From Malacoraja senta (Eukaryota): DNA of 64,000 nt. Position numbers and translations under genes: made by a program. Shown here piece by piece: positions 1-10,659 of the stretch; within the stretch, counting starts at the first letter, position 1; every line of letters starts with the position of its first letter. The notes under the pieces were generated by a model that saw nothing but the letters and a program-made list of their open reading frames with translations, searched no databases and was not told the origin of the DNA. The stretch is taken from assembly GCA_038087875.1 (NCBI GenBank), contig CM075995.1, forward strand, positions 10,852,001 to 10,916,000. Direction: 5' to 3'.

Positions 1-360
1 CGGCGACGGTGCTCACAGGCAACATGTCTGCAGTCGCTAACCCCCCTGTTAACGATGATATAAGTGAGCAAGGCGGGCACCCCCTGCACTCCCGCGGTCT
101 TCCAAACTTTTACTAGCGGGTCGCCTCCCCTTCACCTTCGTAGCTTTCTGCATTTTAGACTAGCACTCTGAAAACCAAGCGTACCAACAGAAACCAACCT
201 CCAAACTAAATTTAGCACTTACCTCGAGGTTTTTTAAACTTACCGCTGGAGGAGCTCTGCTACACCAACCATCGCTGCGCCATGCGTCTGATGTAATGAC
301 GCGTGTGCGGCTGGACGGGGTCTTCTTCACGTAGTCACTCACGTGACTCCGAAGTAAAAT
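1..360 (-). mobile_element. Probable terminal segment of a repeat, possibly DIRS-like, running off the window edge
   Basis: CpG-rich segment ending abruptly in ...gtagtcactcacgtgactccgaagtaaaat before a CR1 relic. Class assignment is from recollected similarity only. Confidence 0.3.
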
Positions 361-364
361 AGCT

Positions 365-560
365 GGAGGGAGAGCTTGGACAAACCGGGTTTGTTTTCTC
401 TGGAATACCTGAGGTTGCGGGACCTGATCGATGTATATAGAAAAATAAAAAACGAGAGGAATAGATAGGCTAGACAGTCAGAAACATTTCCTCAGGATGG
501 AAATATCAAATTCTAGAGGGTATTGCTTTAAGATGAGAGGTGCATGGAAAAGTTTAAAAG
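365..560 (+). mobile_element. Degenerate CR1 LINE 3' fragment
   Basis: Similar to the late ORF2 region of other CR1 copies in the window (ttgttttctctgga...gacctgatc...tctagaggg...tttaagatgagagg). Confidence 0.65.
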
Positions 561-749
561 AGACTAGACTAAGTTCACACGGGAGGGCTGGTCCCCCAAT
601 GCAATATTCCACCTCTCCACCAATTTCAATATTGGTGGCCAGTAGGAGGAGGGGGGGGGGGGCTTTCTGGAGTGCTAGTATGGGTGTTGTGGGCCAAAGG
701 GACTGGTTCCAGAGGGCTAGTATGGACATTGTGGGCCGAATGGATTCTT

Positions 750-855
750 GGGCTGGCAACTCAGTCACTCAGTCCTGGTGGGCTGGCAGCTCAGTCACTC
801 GGGTCTGGTGGGTTGGCAGCTCAGTCACTCAGGCCTGGTGGGCTGGCAGCTCAGA
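750..855. repeat. 30-bp tandem repeat, about 3.5 copies
   Basis: gggctggcagctcagtcactcaggcctggt-type unit repeated. Confidence 0.9.
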
Positions 856-1074
856 AACTGCCAGAAATTCTGCCCAAAACAGGTGAGAGACTCTGTGAGA
901 GAGGGTGGAGAATCAATTTTCAGACATTTTTCATCTTTTTCTGCAAATCACAGCAATGAGGGAGGAAAGTCTATCCTGGGCTGGAACTCACAGGGAGCCA
1001 AAGAAGGGAGGGAGAAAAATACTGGGGTGAGGTTGCAGGTGAATTAGTGGTTTCAGGCAGGACAAACAACTCAT

Positions 1075-1241
1075 TTCATTTCCATTTTGCATTTCCATTT
1101 CAAGCACAGGGCAGGCCAAACACGTCATGGCATTGTCATTTCACTTCCATTTTGCATTGCAGTCTCAAGCACAGGGCAGGCCAAACAACTCATGGCATTG
1201 TCATTTCACTTCCATTTTGCATTGCAGTCTCAAGCACAGGG
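1075..1241. repeat. About 65-bp tandem repeat, about 2.5 copies
   Basis: caagcacagggcaggccaaaca...catggcattgtcatttcacttccattttgcattgcagtct repeated. Confidence 0.9.
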
Positions 1242-1846
1242 TGTAGCGGCAGATTTTTATGTTGTTCAAGAGATTATTCCCTCTAGGCCGCTAAGTGGAC
1301 TGCATGATTAAAGAGAATGTCGTTATACGCAGGCGAGCTCTCCGTCGGGGAACTTCAGAGCTTCTTCACAGATAAATCTTCATAACACAGTCTTTTGATT
1401 AATATATTCTTTATTGCTGATGAAAAACAATAAGGTACATCCAAACTTCTTCCGACTCATACACTATAATCTTCGTCAAACTCCAGCTTATCGCTTTAAA
1501 GGTTAGAAAACTCCTCGTGTCTCCATTACGCTTCACATGGTCAAAGGGCATACCTTCCCCATGCTGGTCCAAAACTAAACTAAAAACTAAGTTTCTGTGC
1601 AAGATACATAGCTCCAAACATGCCCTAAAATACGTCATAAATCCCACCCACAATATAATGGGCAGTCTAAAGTTTAAAGACACATGCCATCATTAATGAC
1701 ACACAAAACAAGCCAAATGGCCACTATATACTGGCCCCTAATTGTTCCGAGTATATAACGAGGCAATTATTAATAAAAATCCAAAAAGTAGCCATGATAG
1801 CTTAACATATATCAAAAGCAAAAAATCAGGGAACTGAACCCCGTGA

Positions 1847-1918
1847 CTCCTCGTCGGGGAATTGAACCCCGGTCTCCCACGTGACAGGCGGGGATACTAA
1901 CCATTATACTAACGAGTA
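1847..1918 (-). tRNA. tRNA-Asp(GTC) gene or recent pseudogene
   Basis: Reverse complement TACTCGTTAGTATAATGGTTAGTATCCCCGCCTGTCACGTGGGAGACCGGGGTTCAATTCCCCGACGAGGAG folds as a cloverleaf with anticodon GTC and A and B boxes. One acceptor-stem mismatch (A2:G71); T6 run about 20 nt downstream. Confidence 0.85.
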
Positions 1919-1946
1919 AAAATTAGCATGCACTATATATCCGCAA

Positions 1947-4900
1947 TCAGAATTCTTCATCGACTCTTCCATCTTCACTTTCACCTTCTAGAAGCAAGCA
2001 TAACTTGATTATTGATCTTATAAAAACACTGGTTTTAGTTTAAAGTTGTACTGTGCGCACCAAACCCTTAAAATCAGGCATGATACCCAATATATAGTCC
2101 AAAACATAACAGCCCAAAGCTTTGATAGCATGAAACGTCTTCCTCCATGTCCAATCAACTCATGGATGTGTTGTAACAATAATGTTGAAGTGAAAAAATC
2201 CTTCGAGAGAACAACAGGATTTTTCGCAATAAAGTTCACCGTTAGGTTTGATTTAATTTCCGGATCATTGCCAGAGATTTCAAATCCCAGCTCAAGCTTT
2301 GGCCATTCTCTGTCTGGCTTAGAGAGATTTTAGTTCATTGATCCATCTCTTCTCGCTGAAAAAGCGGTTTGCCGTCAGTTCTCTGGAAACTTCTTCCACA
2401 GGATTTTCTTTTGTGTTAACATATTTCAGTTGTACAACATTATTACCTCCCAATACTCATTCCATTGGCAGATTGTCTCTGTCCAAATCCAACTCTCTGG
2501 TTTCTTTGGCTCTATCATCTAGTGGAATGCTTTCACAATTGTCACTGATCCACTTGGAAAATGTGAATCCTCCCTTATCGCAAAGGGAAGTCAGATGTTC
2601 TACTGGAAGAATTGCTTCCTGCTCAGTAGACGTAGATTTTCAACAATCATCCATGTTATTATTCTTCAAAGAGATTCTTACTTCATTTAATTTAGTATTC
2701 TCGCCAAACTTGCGTTTCAAATTCTGGATGCGTTGCTCTGCCATACGACGACTATTCGGTAAACTAACACTTTCTTGTTTGAAAGGTAAGTCCAGACAAT
2801 AGTGTCCATCAATCTTTACTGAGTAGTTCATAATATCCATGAACGTCAACTCTTCATTCGACATCTCTTCAGATTTCTTACTGGTACTTTCATTGAAGTC
2901 ATGATTGTATTGCTTCATCACCGGCTTTTCTAATTTAGCAGTAGATATTTGATTAACAGCAAGGGTAGGATAGTTCTTCTGATTCTCATTTTCATTATTC
3001 CTTTTCAAGGAGCCATAGATAACCCATCCAAGTCGGGTTTTTGGAGCAAATGGTTCATCACCTTGGCTCCTCACAATCTGTACAGGTTCCAATGCCTTCA
3101 AAACATTTGTTCCGATAAGTAGATCAACACTAGAATTTATTTCAGATATCTTGACATCCTTCAGGTAAGGCCATTGTTTCAAGTCTTCATGTCTTGGTAT
3201 ATTTTGACGACCAACAGGCTTGGTTCCATGTGTGAACACTTCAGATATTGGTATAAAATTATCTTCATCCTATCTGGATATCTCCATACTCGTAATGTAA
3301 TGAATCCTGCTCTCTTTATCTTTAATCATGGTACGTAATCGAATCTTAGTCTCTTCTACTGTGATGTTCAGCCTTCTTGTCAGGTTATCTGTGCAAAAGG
3401 TAGATGAACTTCCGTGATCCAGAAAAGCATATGTTTGCAACACTGTATTCGTCTTGCTATTCCTTACCTGTACTGGTAAGATAGAAAAATTACAAGCTTC
3501 AACCCTGGTCCCAATATGAGCAGTTACTTGAGGCGAGCTGATAGCATCTCTAGTAGTTGGCTTCTTCTTCGGTTCCGTTTGCTCCGGTTCATCCTCTTCT
3601 ATTTGCTCTGATAGCTTTTCATCTATTTGTTCCAGTTCTTCCTCTTCCCAATGCTCTAGTGGATTATTTTCAGTGTGAAGTGCTTCAGGATGATATTGCC
3701 TGCACTTATAACAAATTATAGGACTCCTACAGTCTTTCACCATATGTCCTTTTTGCAAACATCCAAAACAGATTCCCTTCTCTTTCAAGAAATCCATCTT
3801 TTCTTCATATTCTTTCAACTTGAATCTTCGACACCATCTTATGGTGTGACCAACTTCATCACATAACAAACAAAATACTAATTGCTTGCTAGTAGATACA
3901 TTTCCTTTCATTCTATCTGTCTTTTCCACAGGTCTGGTTGTGATAGCAAAACTATTTCTCATAGGTTCTGATATGTCTTCAGTTTTGGTAAAGGTAGAAC
4001 CTTTGTTAGTTGCAATCAGTTTATGATCTTCAATAGTCCCGTAGTGTGGCTCTAACATGTCCAAGAAATCCACCAGGTCTGATAGCCTGGCTACTTGGTT
4101 CCTCTCATCCAATATTTTGCCTGCTTTATCTCTCCACTTTTCCCTCAGTCTTCTGGGCAACTTGCTAATGATGACTCTAGTATTATTTGCAAGATTCATT
4201 TCTTCCATGTGGCCGAGATTTTTCATCGAGCTGCAACAACCTCTCAGAAATATTGTACATTTACTCAATGCCTTCCCATCTTCTGGCTTGATTTCTTTTT
4301 CAAGCATGGGCCTTCTCCATGTATGCGTTCGCAATCCTATGTTCATTACCAAAACGTTCTTTAAGTAACCTTCTCGCCCTTTTATAGCCTTGGCTCAGGC
4401 TCATTTTGACAACTTTCTACAAGTATCTGAACATCTCCGCGTGTGTACTTCACCAGAAATCGTAAGCGCTCCTTTTCATCCATAATTCTCGTTTCTAATG
4501 CTTCTTCTAATGCCCTTACAAAAGCTTCATACCGCAAAGGATCTCCATCATATGTAGGAATTTCTGCTGGTGGTAGAATGAGAGAGGTATTTTGTCGAGC
4601 TATGAACACGGCTTGACTTTTCACCAATGCCAATAATCCGTCCTGATAACCTTGGCTTGGCTCCACCTGTTGATAAACAGGCCTCTGTGACTCAATTTGG
4701 CCCGCTTGCGCCTGTGCCTCAGGCCTCGGAAAAGCGTGGTCCGCTATTGGTTTGTCCCGAGCATCTACAGACGCTCCATTAGTAGTTTGTTTCGATCTAG
4801 CACCCATTTGCTGAGATTAACTTTTACCCATCTTCCTCTGTTCCAATGGGTTTTCAAAGCCGGTGGACCTCGATTGTGGAATTGATCCAACTGCTGACTC

Positions 4901-5100
4901 ACTTGGAGCAGTTTTTATTCTTGGTCCAGAGCTCATTGTCTTCGATGATGTAGAGCTGCATCTTGAACCGTTTCTTTCCAATATCCCCTTTTTGCTTTGG
5001 CCACCGCCATCTTTGTGTCTAGTTCCAATTGTTCCTTTCGTTGCCTCAGCTCCTTTATCCTTGTTGCTCAATCTCATGTTTCTTCTTCACGGCATCCACT
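1947..5100 (-). mobile_element. Internally deleted BEL/Pao LTR retrotransposon (gag-protease present; RT and integrase core missing)
   Basis: Gag motif IPTYDGDPLRYEAFVRALEE; three zinc knuckles (CLLCDEVGHTIRWC, CFGCLQKGHMVKDC, CYKCRQYHPEALH); protease YAFLDHGSSSTF; DLLIGTN..KTRLGWVIYG; integrase N-terminus PVVL..HIHELIGHGG; C-terminal RSIIKLCLLLE. Several frameshifts. Confidence 0.9.
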
Positions 5101-5178
5101 TATAATGAGAGCACGGCCAGATCAGCTTCAACTCCCAATCGTGCAGAAGCCCTTGAAACCAAACTGGCTGTAGAACCA

Positions 5179-5505
5179 GTGGGGGTGTGTGGGCAGTGGT
5201 TTGTGGGGGGTTGTGGGGGGGAGGGGGGGTGTGGCCAGGGAGGGGTTGTGGGGGGAGGGGTTGTAGGGTGGGAGATGAAGTGTGTATGTGGGCTGGAGGG
5301 GTTTGTGAGGGGTAGGTGGGGGGAGAAGGGTGTGTGTGGGCAGGGGGAGAGTTGTGAGGGGTGTGTTGAAGGGAGGGGTGTGTGGGAGGGATGTGTGTGT
5401 GGGCAGGTGAGGGGTGTGTGGAAGGGAGGGGTGTGGGAAGGGAGGGGTGTGGGAAGAGTGGGGTGTGTGGGCGGCTGGGGTGTGGGAGGGGGAGGGATGT
5501 GTGGG
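5179..5505. repeat. G/T-rich low-complexity tract
   Basis: Runs of ggg and gtgtgg. Confidence 0.85.
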
Positions 5506-6419
5506 CAGGGCCGGATTTAGATGAAGAGAGGCCCTAAGCTATTTCACTTGTGAGGTCTCCCCCCCCCAATCCCCCACCCCCACGACTAGAGGACCATGAC
5601 TTCCCGACAGTGACAGTGTGACACTTTTAGATCCTACTGTATGTCGTCATTAAACAGCTGGTTTTAAAATACATATTGGATTCATCGCAGAGCGGGCGAT
5701 GCCTTACCTGGATCGCCGTTTGAAACGTTTGAGTGTTGGGCCTGCTGCTTCAACATCATGGAGCTGTGGTGTGCGGAGCTCCCAGCCTCGGGCCGCGCTG
5801 ATTTCAACATCGCGGAGCCCTGGGATCCCTTTGCCGAGGGCCGCCAGCGTGAAGTCCAAGCCGCTGAGAATGTTCTCCTGTTCCAACGTCGGATGGTGAC
5901 CCCAAAATGTCATTGTACCAATTGGTGCATGTGACAATAAGTGTCTCTTGAATTGAATGTGGAATATTAAGAAATAAAGAAACTACAAATACACTGAGAG
6001 CAAAAATGTTTTTTTCTCGCTTTCTTCATAGCAAAATCATCCAGAGTTCACCAAGATCTGTTTGTCTAAGTTTGTCACTCTCAATGCACAGAATGCTCAT
6101 TGCAGACAACCTGTCTTGAGACATTGTGGACCTTAATTCATTTTTGTTTCTTTTGAGTCTTGAAAAAGACCTCTCTCCCGAGCATTTGGTGACCATTAAG
6201 CTAAGAAACAGCCGCAAGATTGCTTTCACATTAGGGAAGGCCATCTGAAATGTTTCTTAAAGAATTGTTCGTTATTGACAATTATATTGCAAAACCTGAA
6301 TCAAATCTGAATCAAATCTGCTTGAAAAAGGCTAACTTATAACTAAACAAACAGGTTCACTTCTTAATAAACAGACAACTCACAAAGCAGTTTGGTAGAC
6401 CAATTCAAAACTTTACTAA

Positions 6420-6850
6420 TTATCAGCCGATGGAAGGGAGAAAGGTGAGGCCTCTGCTGTGGACAAACTGTTCGGTATCTGAGAGGGGGAGGTCAGGGGG
6501 GATGGTGAACACATGGCAGGGATGGGGGTTGGGGGCGGAGGAAGGCAGGTGAGTGGGCTGAGGCCGAGGCAATGTCTGGTGGGGGGGTGGTGGGTGGTCA
6601 CGGGATAGGGGGGTATGAGGACTGTAGTGTGGGTGGGGAAGAGCTGGGGTCACATGGTTTGAGGGGAATGGGGAAGACCCAGTGGAACAGCCACTGAGGT
6701 TACCAGAGTTGGGGGGACTAGCATTAGGACCCAGGGGAGTGGAAATCAGCAGCGTAGAAACCAAAGATACTAGAGGAGCTCCTCTAGTATCTTTGGTGGA
6801 AACTTTAGGCCCAGTGATGAGTCCAGGGTGCAGGTAAGGCGACGGCTGCT
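6420..6850 (-). mobile_element. Penelope-like element fragment inside the hAT
   Basis: PCHVFTIPPDLPLSDTEQFVHSRGLTFLP matches the Penelope 5' part at 63063-63368 (PPDLPVSDTEQSVLSRGLTIVP). Confidence 0.8.
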
Positions 6851-6899
6851 GGAGGGCGGTGGAGTGGCGAGCAAAGCGTGGGAGGTCCCGGTGGGCGGA

Positions 6900-7400
6900 T
6901 GGTCGGTGGGGCGGCGAGGTATGACGGGTCCGGTGGGGCGGCGAGGTGAGTCCGCCCCATGTGTGGCGGCGAATTTGGTAGGCCCCCCGTGTGGTGGCGA
7001 ATTTGGTAGGCCCCCCAAGCGCCGGCGAGGTGAGTCCCCCCCCCCGTGTGGCGGCGAGGTGTGTCCGCCCCCGTGCGGCAGCGAGGTGTGTAGGCCCCTC
7101 CGTGCGGCGGCGAGGTGTGTAGGCCCCTCCGTGCGGCAGCGAGGTGTGTAGGCCCACCCGTGCGACGGCGAGGTGTGTAGGCCCCTCCGTGTGACGGCAA
7201 GGTGTGTAGGCCCCCCGTGCGGCGGCGAATTTGGTAGGCCCCCCATGCAGCGGTGAATTGGGAAGGCCCCCCATGCGGCTGCGAGCTGAGTCCACCCCCC
7301 GTGCGGCGGCGAGGTGTGTAGGCCCCTCCGTGCGGTGGCATGGTGTGTAGGCCCCCCAGTGCGGCAGCGAGGTGTGAAGGCCCCTCCGTGCGGCGGCGGA
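6900..7400. repeat. GC-rich about 29-bp minisatellite
   Basis: ggcggcgaggtgtgtaggcccctccgtgc-type unit, more than 12 copies. Confidence 0.9.
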
Positions 7401-7736
7401 AAAGGGTTAAATAAACTAATACCTTTTCCTTTGTCCTGCACTTCCAAGGATCTGTGGAGCAAATTCCTCTCCACAACAAATATATACCTCACCTGCATTT
7501 TAACCCCTCCCCCCACCCTCCCCCCAACACCACCAAAGCCTCTGGAATCGCAAGCACAGCGCCACTATTGTAACAACGCCACTATCGCACAGCGCCACTG
7601 ATGGTAGGGTTTGTAACAATGCCAATATCTCAAAAGTTTAACACACCTTGGTGGAGTGAGCAGAGGCCCCCCTAGATCTCGAGGCCCTAAGCTTAAGCTT
7701 GTCTATCTTATACGTAAATCCGGCCCTGTGTGTGGG

Positions 7737-8277
7737 CAGTGGGGAGGGATCTCGGAGAAAAGATGGGGAAGAGACATGGGAGTGTGTGCAGTATTACGGG
7801 GGAGAGGGGCAGAAGCCAGCGAGGGGGACCAGAGGAGAAGGGGTTGGGGGTGCGACGGGGACTTACAGCGGATGCTGGTCACTTCGCTGGCCGCTTTGCT
7901 GTTCATTCTCCTCCACACGGCTCGCAGACTCAATCAGCACGGCTTGCGGACTCAATCAGCATGGCTTATGGCCTCAGCACCGCCTCCGGGAATTTATTCT
8001 CCATGCTCGACCCGGTGATTAACAGCGGGTGCCGGAAGGGGCGTTAACTTCATGGTGACTGACAGGCGAGAAGACCAATCTGCTGATATCACGATTTTAA
8101 AAACCTTCATAACTTTTGTAATCTTCTACTGATCGGAACAAAACTTGGTGCGCTTGGAGCAGAGGAGAACGCTGAGTAAGGTGGCGAAGAAATCCTCGTG
8201 ATATATGGTACCGTTTTTGCGCAAATGCAAAAACAACGCAAACAGGACGAGGACAAGATGAGAGTTTTAGTAATAGA
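7737..8277 (-). mobile_element. Helitron-like non-autonomous 5' end
   Basis: Minus strand begins A|TCTATTACTAAAACTCTCATCTTG, similar to A|TCTCTATAATTATAAAACTCTGATCTG at 27841. Confidence 0.35.
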
Positions 8278-8378
8278 TGGATGGATGGATGGATGGATGG
8301 ATGGATGGATGGATGGAGAGATCGAGAGATGGAGAGATAGATAGTTGGATGGATAGATGGAAAGATGGATAGATAGAT
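8275..8378. repeat. (GGAT)n/(AGAT)n microsatellite
   Basis: Seen directly. Confidence 0.95.
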
Positions 8379-8379
8379 A

Positions 8380-8855
8380 TTCCCCTCTCACCTTAAACAT
8401 ATGTCCTCTGGTGCTTAATTTCTCTGCTCTGGGTAAAAGACTCGGCTCGTTAACCCTAGCTATATTTCTTATCATTTTACACACCTCAAAGGGATCATCC
8501 CTCACATTTCTGCACTCCAAGGAATAATGCCCGGGCCTGCCTAATCTCTCCCTGTATCTCAGGCAATCACGTATCACTGGAAACATATTTGTCAATCATA
8601 TCTACATTCTTTCCAGCTTAACAATATCGCTCCTTGAGCTTGGTTACCAAAACTGGTCAATACTCCAAATACGGCCTCGCTATCCTCTGTACAACTGCAG
8701 CATAGCATCCCAAATTCTATACTCAATACACGGATTTATGAATATACCGAAAGCATTGTATCGGCCTGTGATGCCACTTTCACAGAACTATGCACTAGCA
8801 CTCCAAGGTCCGGCAGGTCTACCACACTCCCCAAGGACATGCCATTCATTGTGAA
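8380..8855 (-). mobile_element. Degenerate CR1 fragment
   Basis: Translates to LRYRERLGRPGHYSLEC...STRGHMFKVRGE, a CR1 ORF2 C-terminal pattern. Confidence 0.75.
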
Positions 8856-8861
8856 AAATTA

Positions 8862-8928
8862 TGTTTCTGCTCAGTATTGAACTGAGGACCTTTCATGTGT
8901 GAGGCGATAACCACTACACTACAGAAAC
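8862..8928 (-). pseudogene. tRNA-Val(CAC) pseudogene
   Basis: Reverse complement GTTTCTGTAGTGTAGTGGTTATCGCCTCACACATGAAAGGTCCTCAGTTCAATACTGAGCAGAAACA is tRNA-Val-like but lacks about 6 nt at the D-arm/anticodon-stem junction. Confidence 0.8.
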
Positions 8929-9501
8929 ACAGGTGCCTTACTTTTCACCAAAACCCTCCAGTTCTTGTTCCTGACTCTGGAGAAAGTCTGCATTCCTACC
9001 CATGATGGTATACATCCATAAGAGCACTCTGGGCCTAACCAAGTACATCCTCAAACCTTGAGGGAAGTATGCTTCCATGACTGATGAAGACTTGTCAGTG
9101 GCGGGTGCAGAAAGGAAATTCTGTTGGTACAGTCATTGCAGCACCTTAGTTCCATCGTTAACGTTCAATGCCAAGAATGGGGTGGCGTTTAATTGGATAG
9201 TACCTTCGCATATGGTAGGTCTGTTCGGAGGCCTGGCAACAGAGGGGAAGAAAGTTTTCCTGGGTCTGATGATGTGCATTTTTTTAACCTGTACAATCTG
9301 CCTGAAGTGAGCGGAGAGAGGAAATTACCGAAGTAGTACACCTTTGATTGTTTTGGCAGCTTTTTCTGTGGTGCGAACTCAAGATGGAGTCAATGGTGGG
9401 TAGCCTGCTCTTTCGATGGTAATGCAGTTCGCCAGGGTGTTGTGTTATGGTACCGCATCAGAGTATGGGCAGTTTTCAGATTTCCACACATTGATTCGAA
9501 T

Positions 9502-10015
9502 TGTTGTATTGTAAGGGTCAAATAGACCGTGTCAGCTAAAATTGAGTTGTCAGCTATATAAGCAGTATTGCAATCCAAACCCTTCAAAAACAAGTAGATG
9601 TTACGAAGATGTTCCCAAGCAATGTTTGGGAATGTCTGGGTTCACTGAGCAAAACATCGCAAATGTTGGGTGGACCATCAATAAAAGTAGTGCAGAAACA
9701 GAAACAGAAAAGTGTGGCACATCCTGATTGGACAGGCTAATGATTTCCTCATGGGAGGGGATATGGCATGGTCTGAATGGGTGAGAAACATTATAAAGGA
9801 CCATGTTGGGTGCCCTTCCAGAGCAGGAGAGAAACCTGGACCGTGTTGTGAAACGTGCCAGATGATCGACAACAGGTCACCACCTTTGTTGTGTACTCGA
9901 GGTTTGCGAGTGTGAACGCAAATAAGTAAGTTTATGTACTTTATTTGGTAGTGTAATAAAATACTTTGTGACACAAACTCTGTTGTCTGAATCTGGTGAT
10001 TTATCGAATACAACA
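9502..10015 (+). mobile_element. LTR of an LTR retrotransposon or ERV
   Basis: TG...CA ends with 9-bp terminal inverted repeat TGTTGTATT...AATACAACA; AATAAA at 9955-9960; followed after 2 nt by a TGG-starting PBS. Confidence 0.8.
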
Positions 10016-10017
10016 TT

Positions 10018-10064
10018 TGGCGTAGTCGGCAGGATTTGAACCTGCGCGGAGAAACCCCAATGGA
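10018..10064 (+). other. tRNA-Ser primer-binding site, extended to 47 nt
   Basis: TGGCGTAGTCGGCAGGATTTGAACCTGCGCGGAGAAACCCCAATGGA is the reverse complement of the 3' half of tRNA-Ser including CCA. Confidence 0.85.
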
Positions 10065-10330
10065 GTTTAATGCTGATAAATGTGAGGTGCAACATCTCGG
10101 CAGGACAAATCAAAATAGGACGTACATGGTAAATGGTAGCGAATTGAGGCATGCAGTTGAACAGAGAGGAATAACTGTGCATAGTTCCCTGAAGGTGGAA
10201 TCTCATGTTGATAGGGTGGTAAAGAAAGCTTTTGGTGTGCTGGCCTTTATAAATCAGAGCATTGAATATAGAAGTTGGGATGTAATGTTAAAATTATACA
10301 AGGCATTGGTGAGGCCAATTCTGGAGTATG
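10060..10330 (+). mobile_element. CR1 fragment (subfamily with TTATATGG tail)
   Basis: MEFNADKCEVQHLGRTNQNRTY..., near-identical to 16606-16880. Confidence 0.9.
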
Positions 10331-10374
10331 GAGGGCCGAATTGTCTATTTCTGCACCTATTGTCTATTGTCTAT

Positions 10375-10658
10375 AAGCCCCCCTGTCTGCAGCATTTCTG
10401 CACTACTAGTAGTAGGGAGTGCAGGTCGTCCGCCCGATGTGGTCTGCTCAGCAAACAAGATGTTCCCACACATTGTTTGATAACACCCAAATGTTCTTAG
10501 ACATGGGCTGTTTCCAGGCATAAACAGGTGCAGAAAACATCTCCCACTTGTTTTGGGAACATCTTGTTTCAAAGGGATTGGAATGCTGTGGTGCTAATTT
10601 GGCTGCTAACTCCATTTTATATTTTAGCTGAAATTGTCTGTTTATCCCTTACAATACA
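10375..10658 (-). mobile_element. Diverged, truncated copy of the 9502 LTR in opposite orientation
   Basis: Reverse complement starts tgtattgtaagggataaacagac...tcagctaaaat, aligning to 9505 tgtattgtaagggtcaaatagac...tcagctaaaat; shared agatgttccca motifs. Confidence 0.75.
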
Positions 10659-10659
10659 T

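Larger units (their letters stand above)
564..1241 (-). mobile_element. Helitron-like non-autonomous 3' end with internal tandem repeats
   Basis: Minus strand ends ...acttagtCTAG|T at 564, resembling the ...acttggtCCGG|T end at 28824. Contains a 30-bp repeat (about 750-855) and an about 65-bp repeat (about 1075-1240). Confidence 0.4.
5506..7728 (-). mobile_element. Non-autonomous hAT DNA transposon
   Basis: Perfect 14-bp TIRs CAGGGCCGGATTTA...TAAATCCGGCCCTG; 8-bp TSD tgtgtggg (5498-5505 and 7729-7736); hAT dimerisation-domain remnant at 6026-6244 (FPNVKAILRLFLSLMVTKCSGERSFSRLK...LRSTMSQDRL). Confidence 0.93.

Noticed and set aside
750..1241. Short direct repeats resembling a CRISPR array
   Set aside because: Units are contiguous with no unique spacers, there are no cas genes, and the context is eukaryotic.
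1242..1439. Possible 3' LTR of the BEL element (TGTA...TACA)
   Set aside because: No matching second LTR or TSD at the other end, so it cannot be supported.
5029..5520. 163-aa Gly/Val-rich ORF
   Set aside because: Translation of G/T low-complexity DNA.
6423..7516. Overlapping 224-290-aa ORFs
   Set aside because: They arise from a stop-poor GC-rich minisatellite; the translations are repetitive and have no domain.
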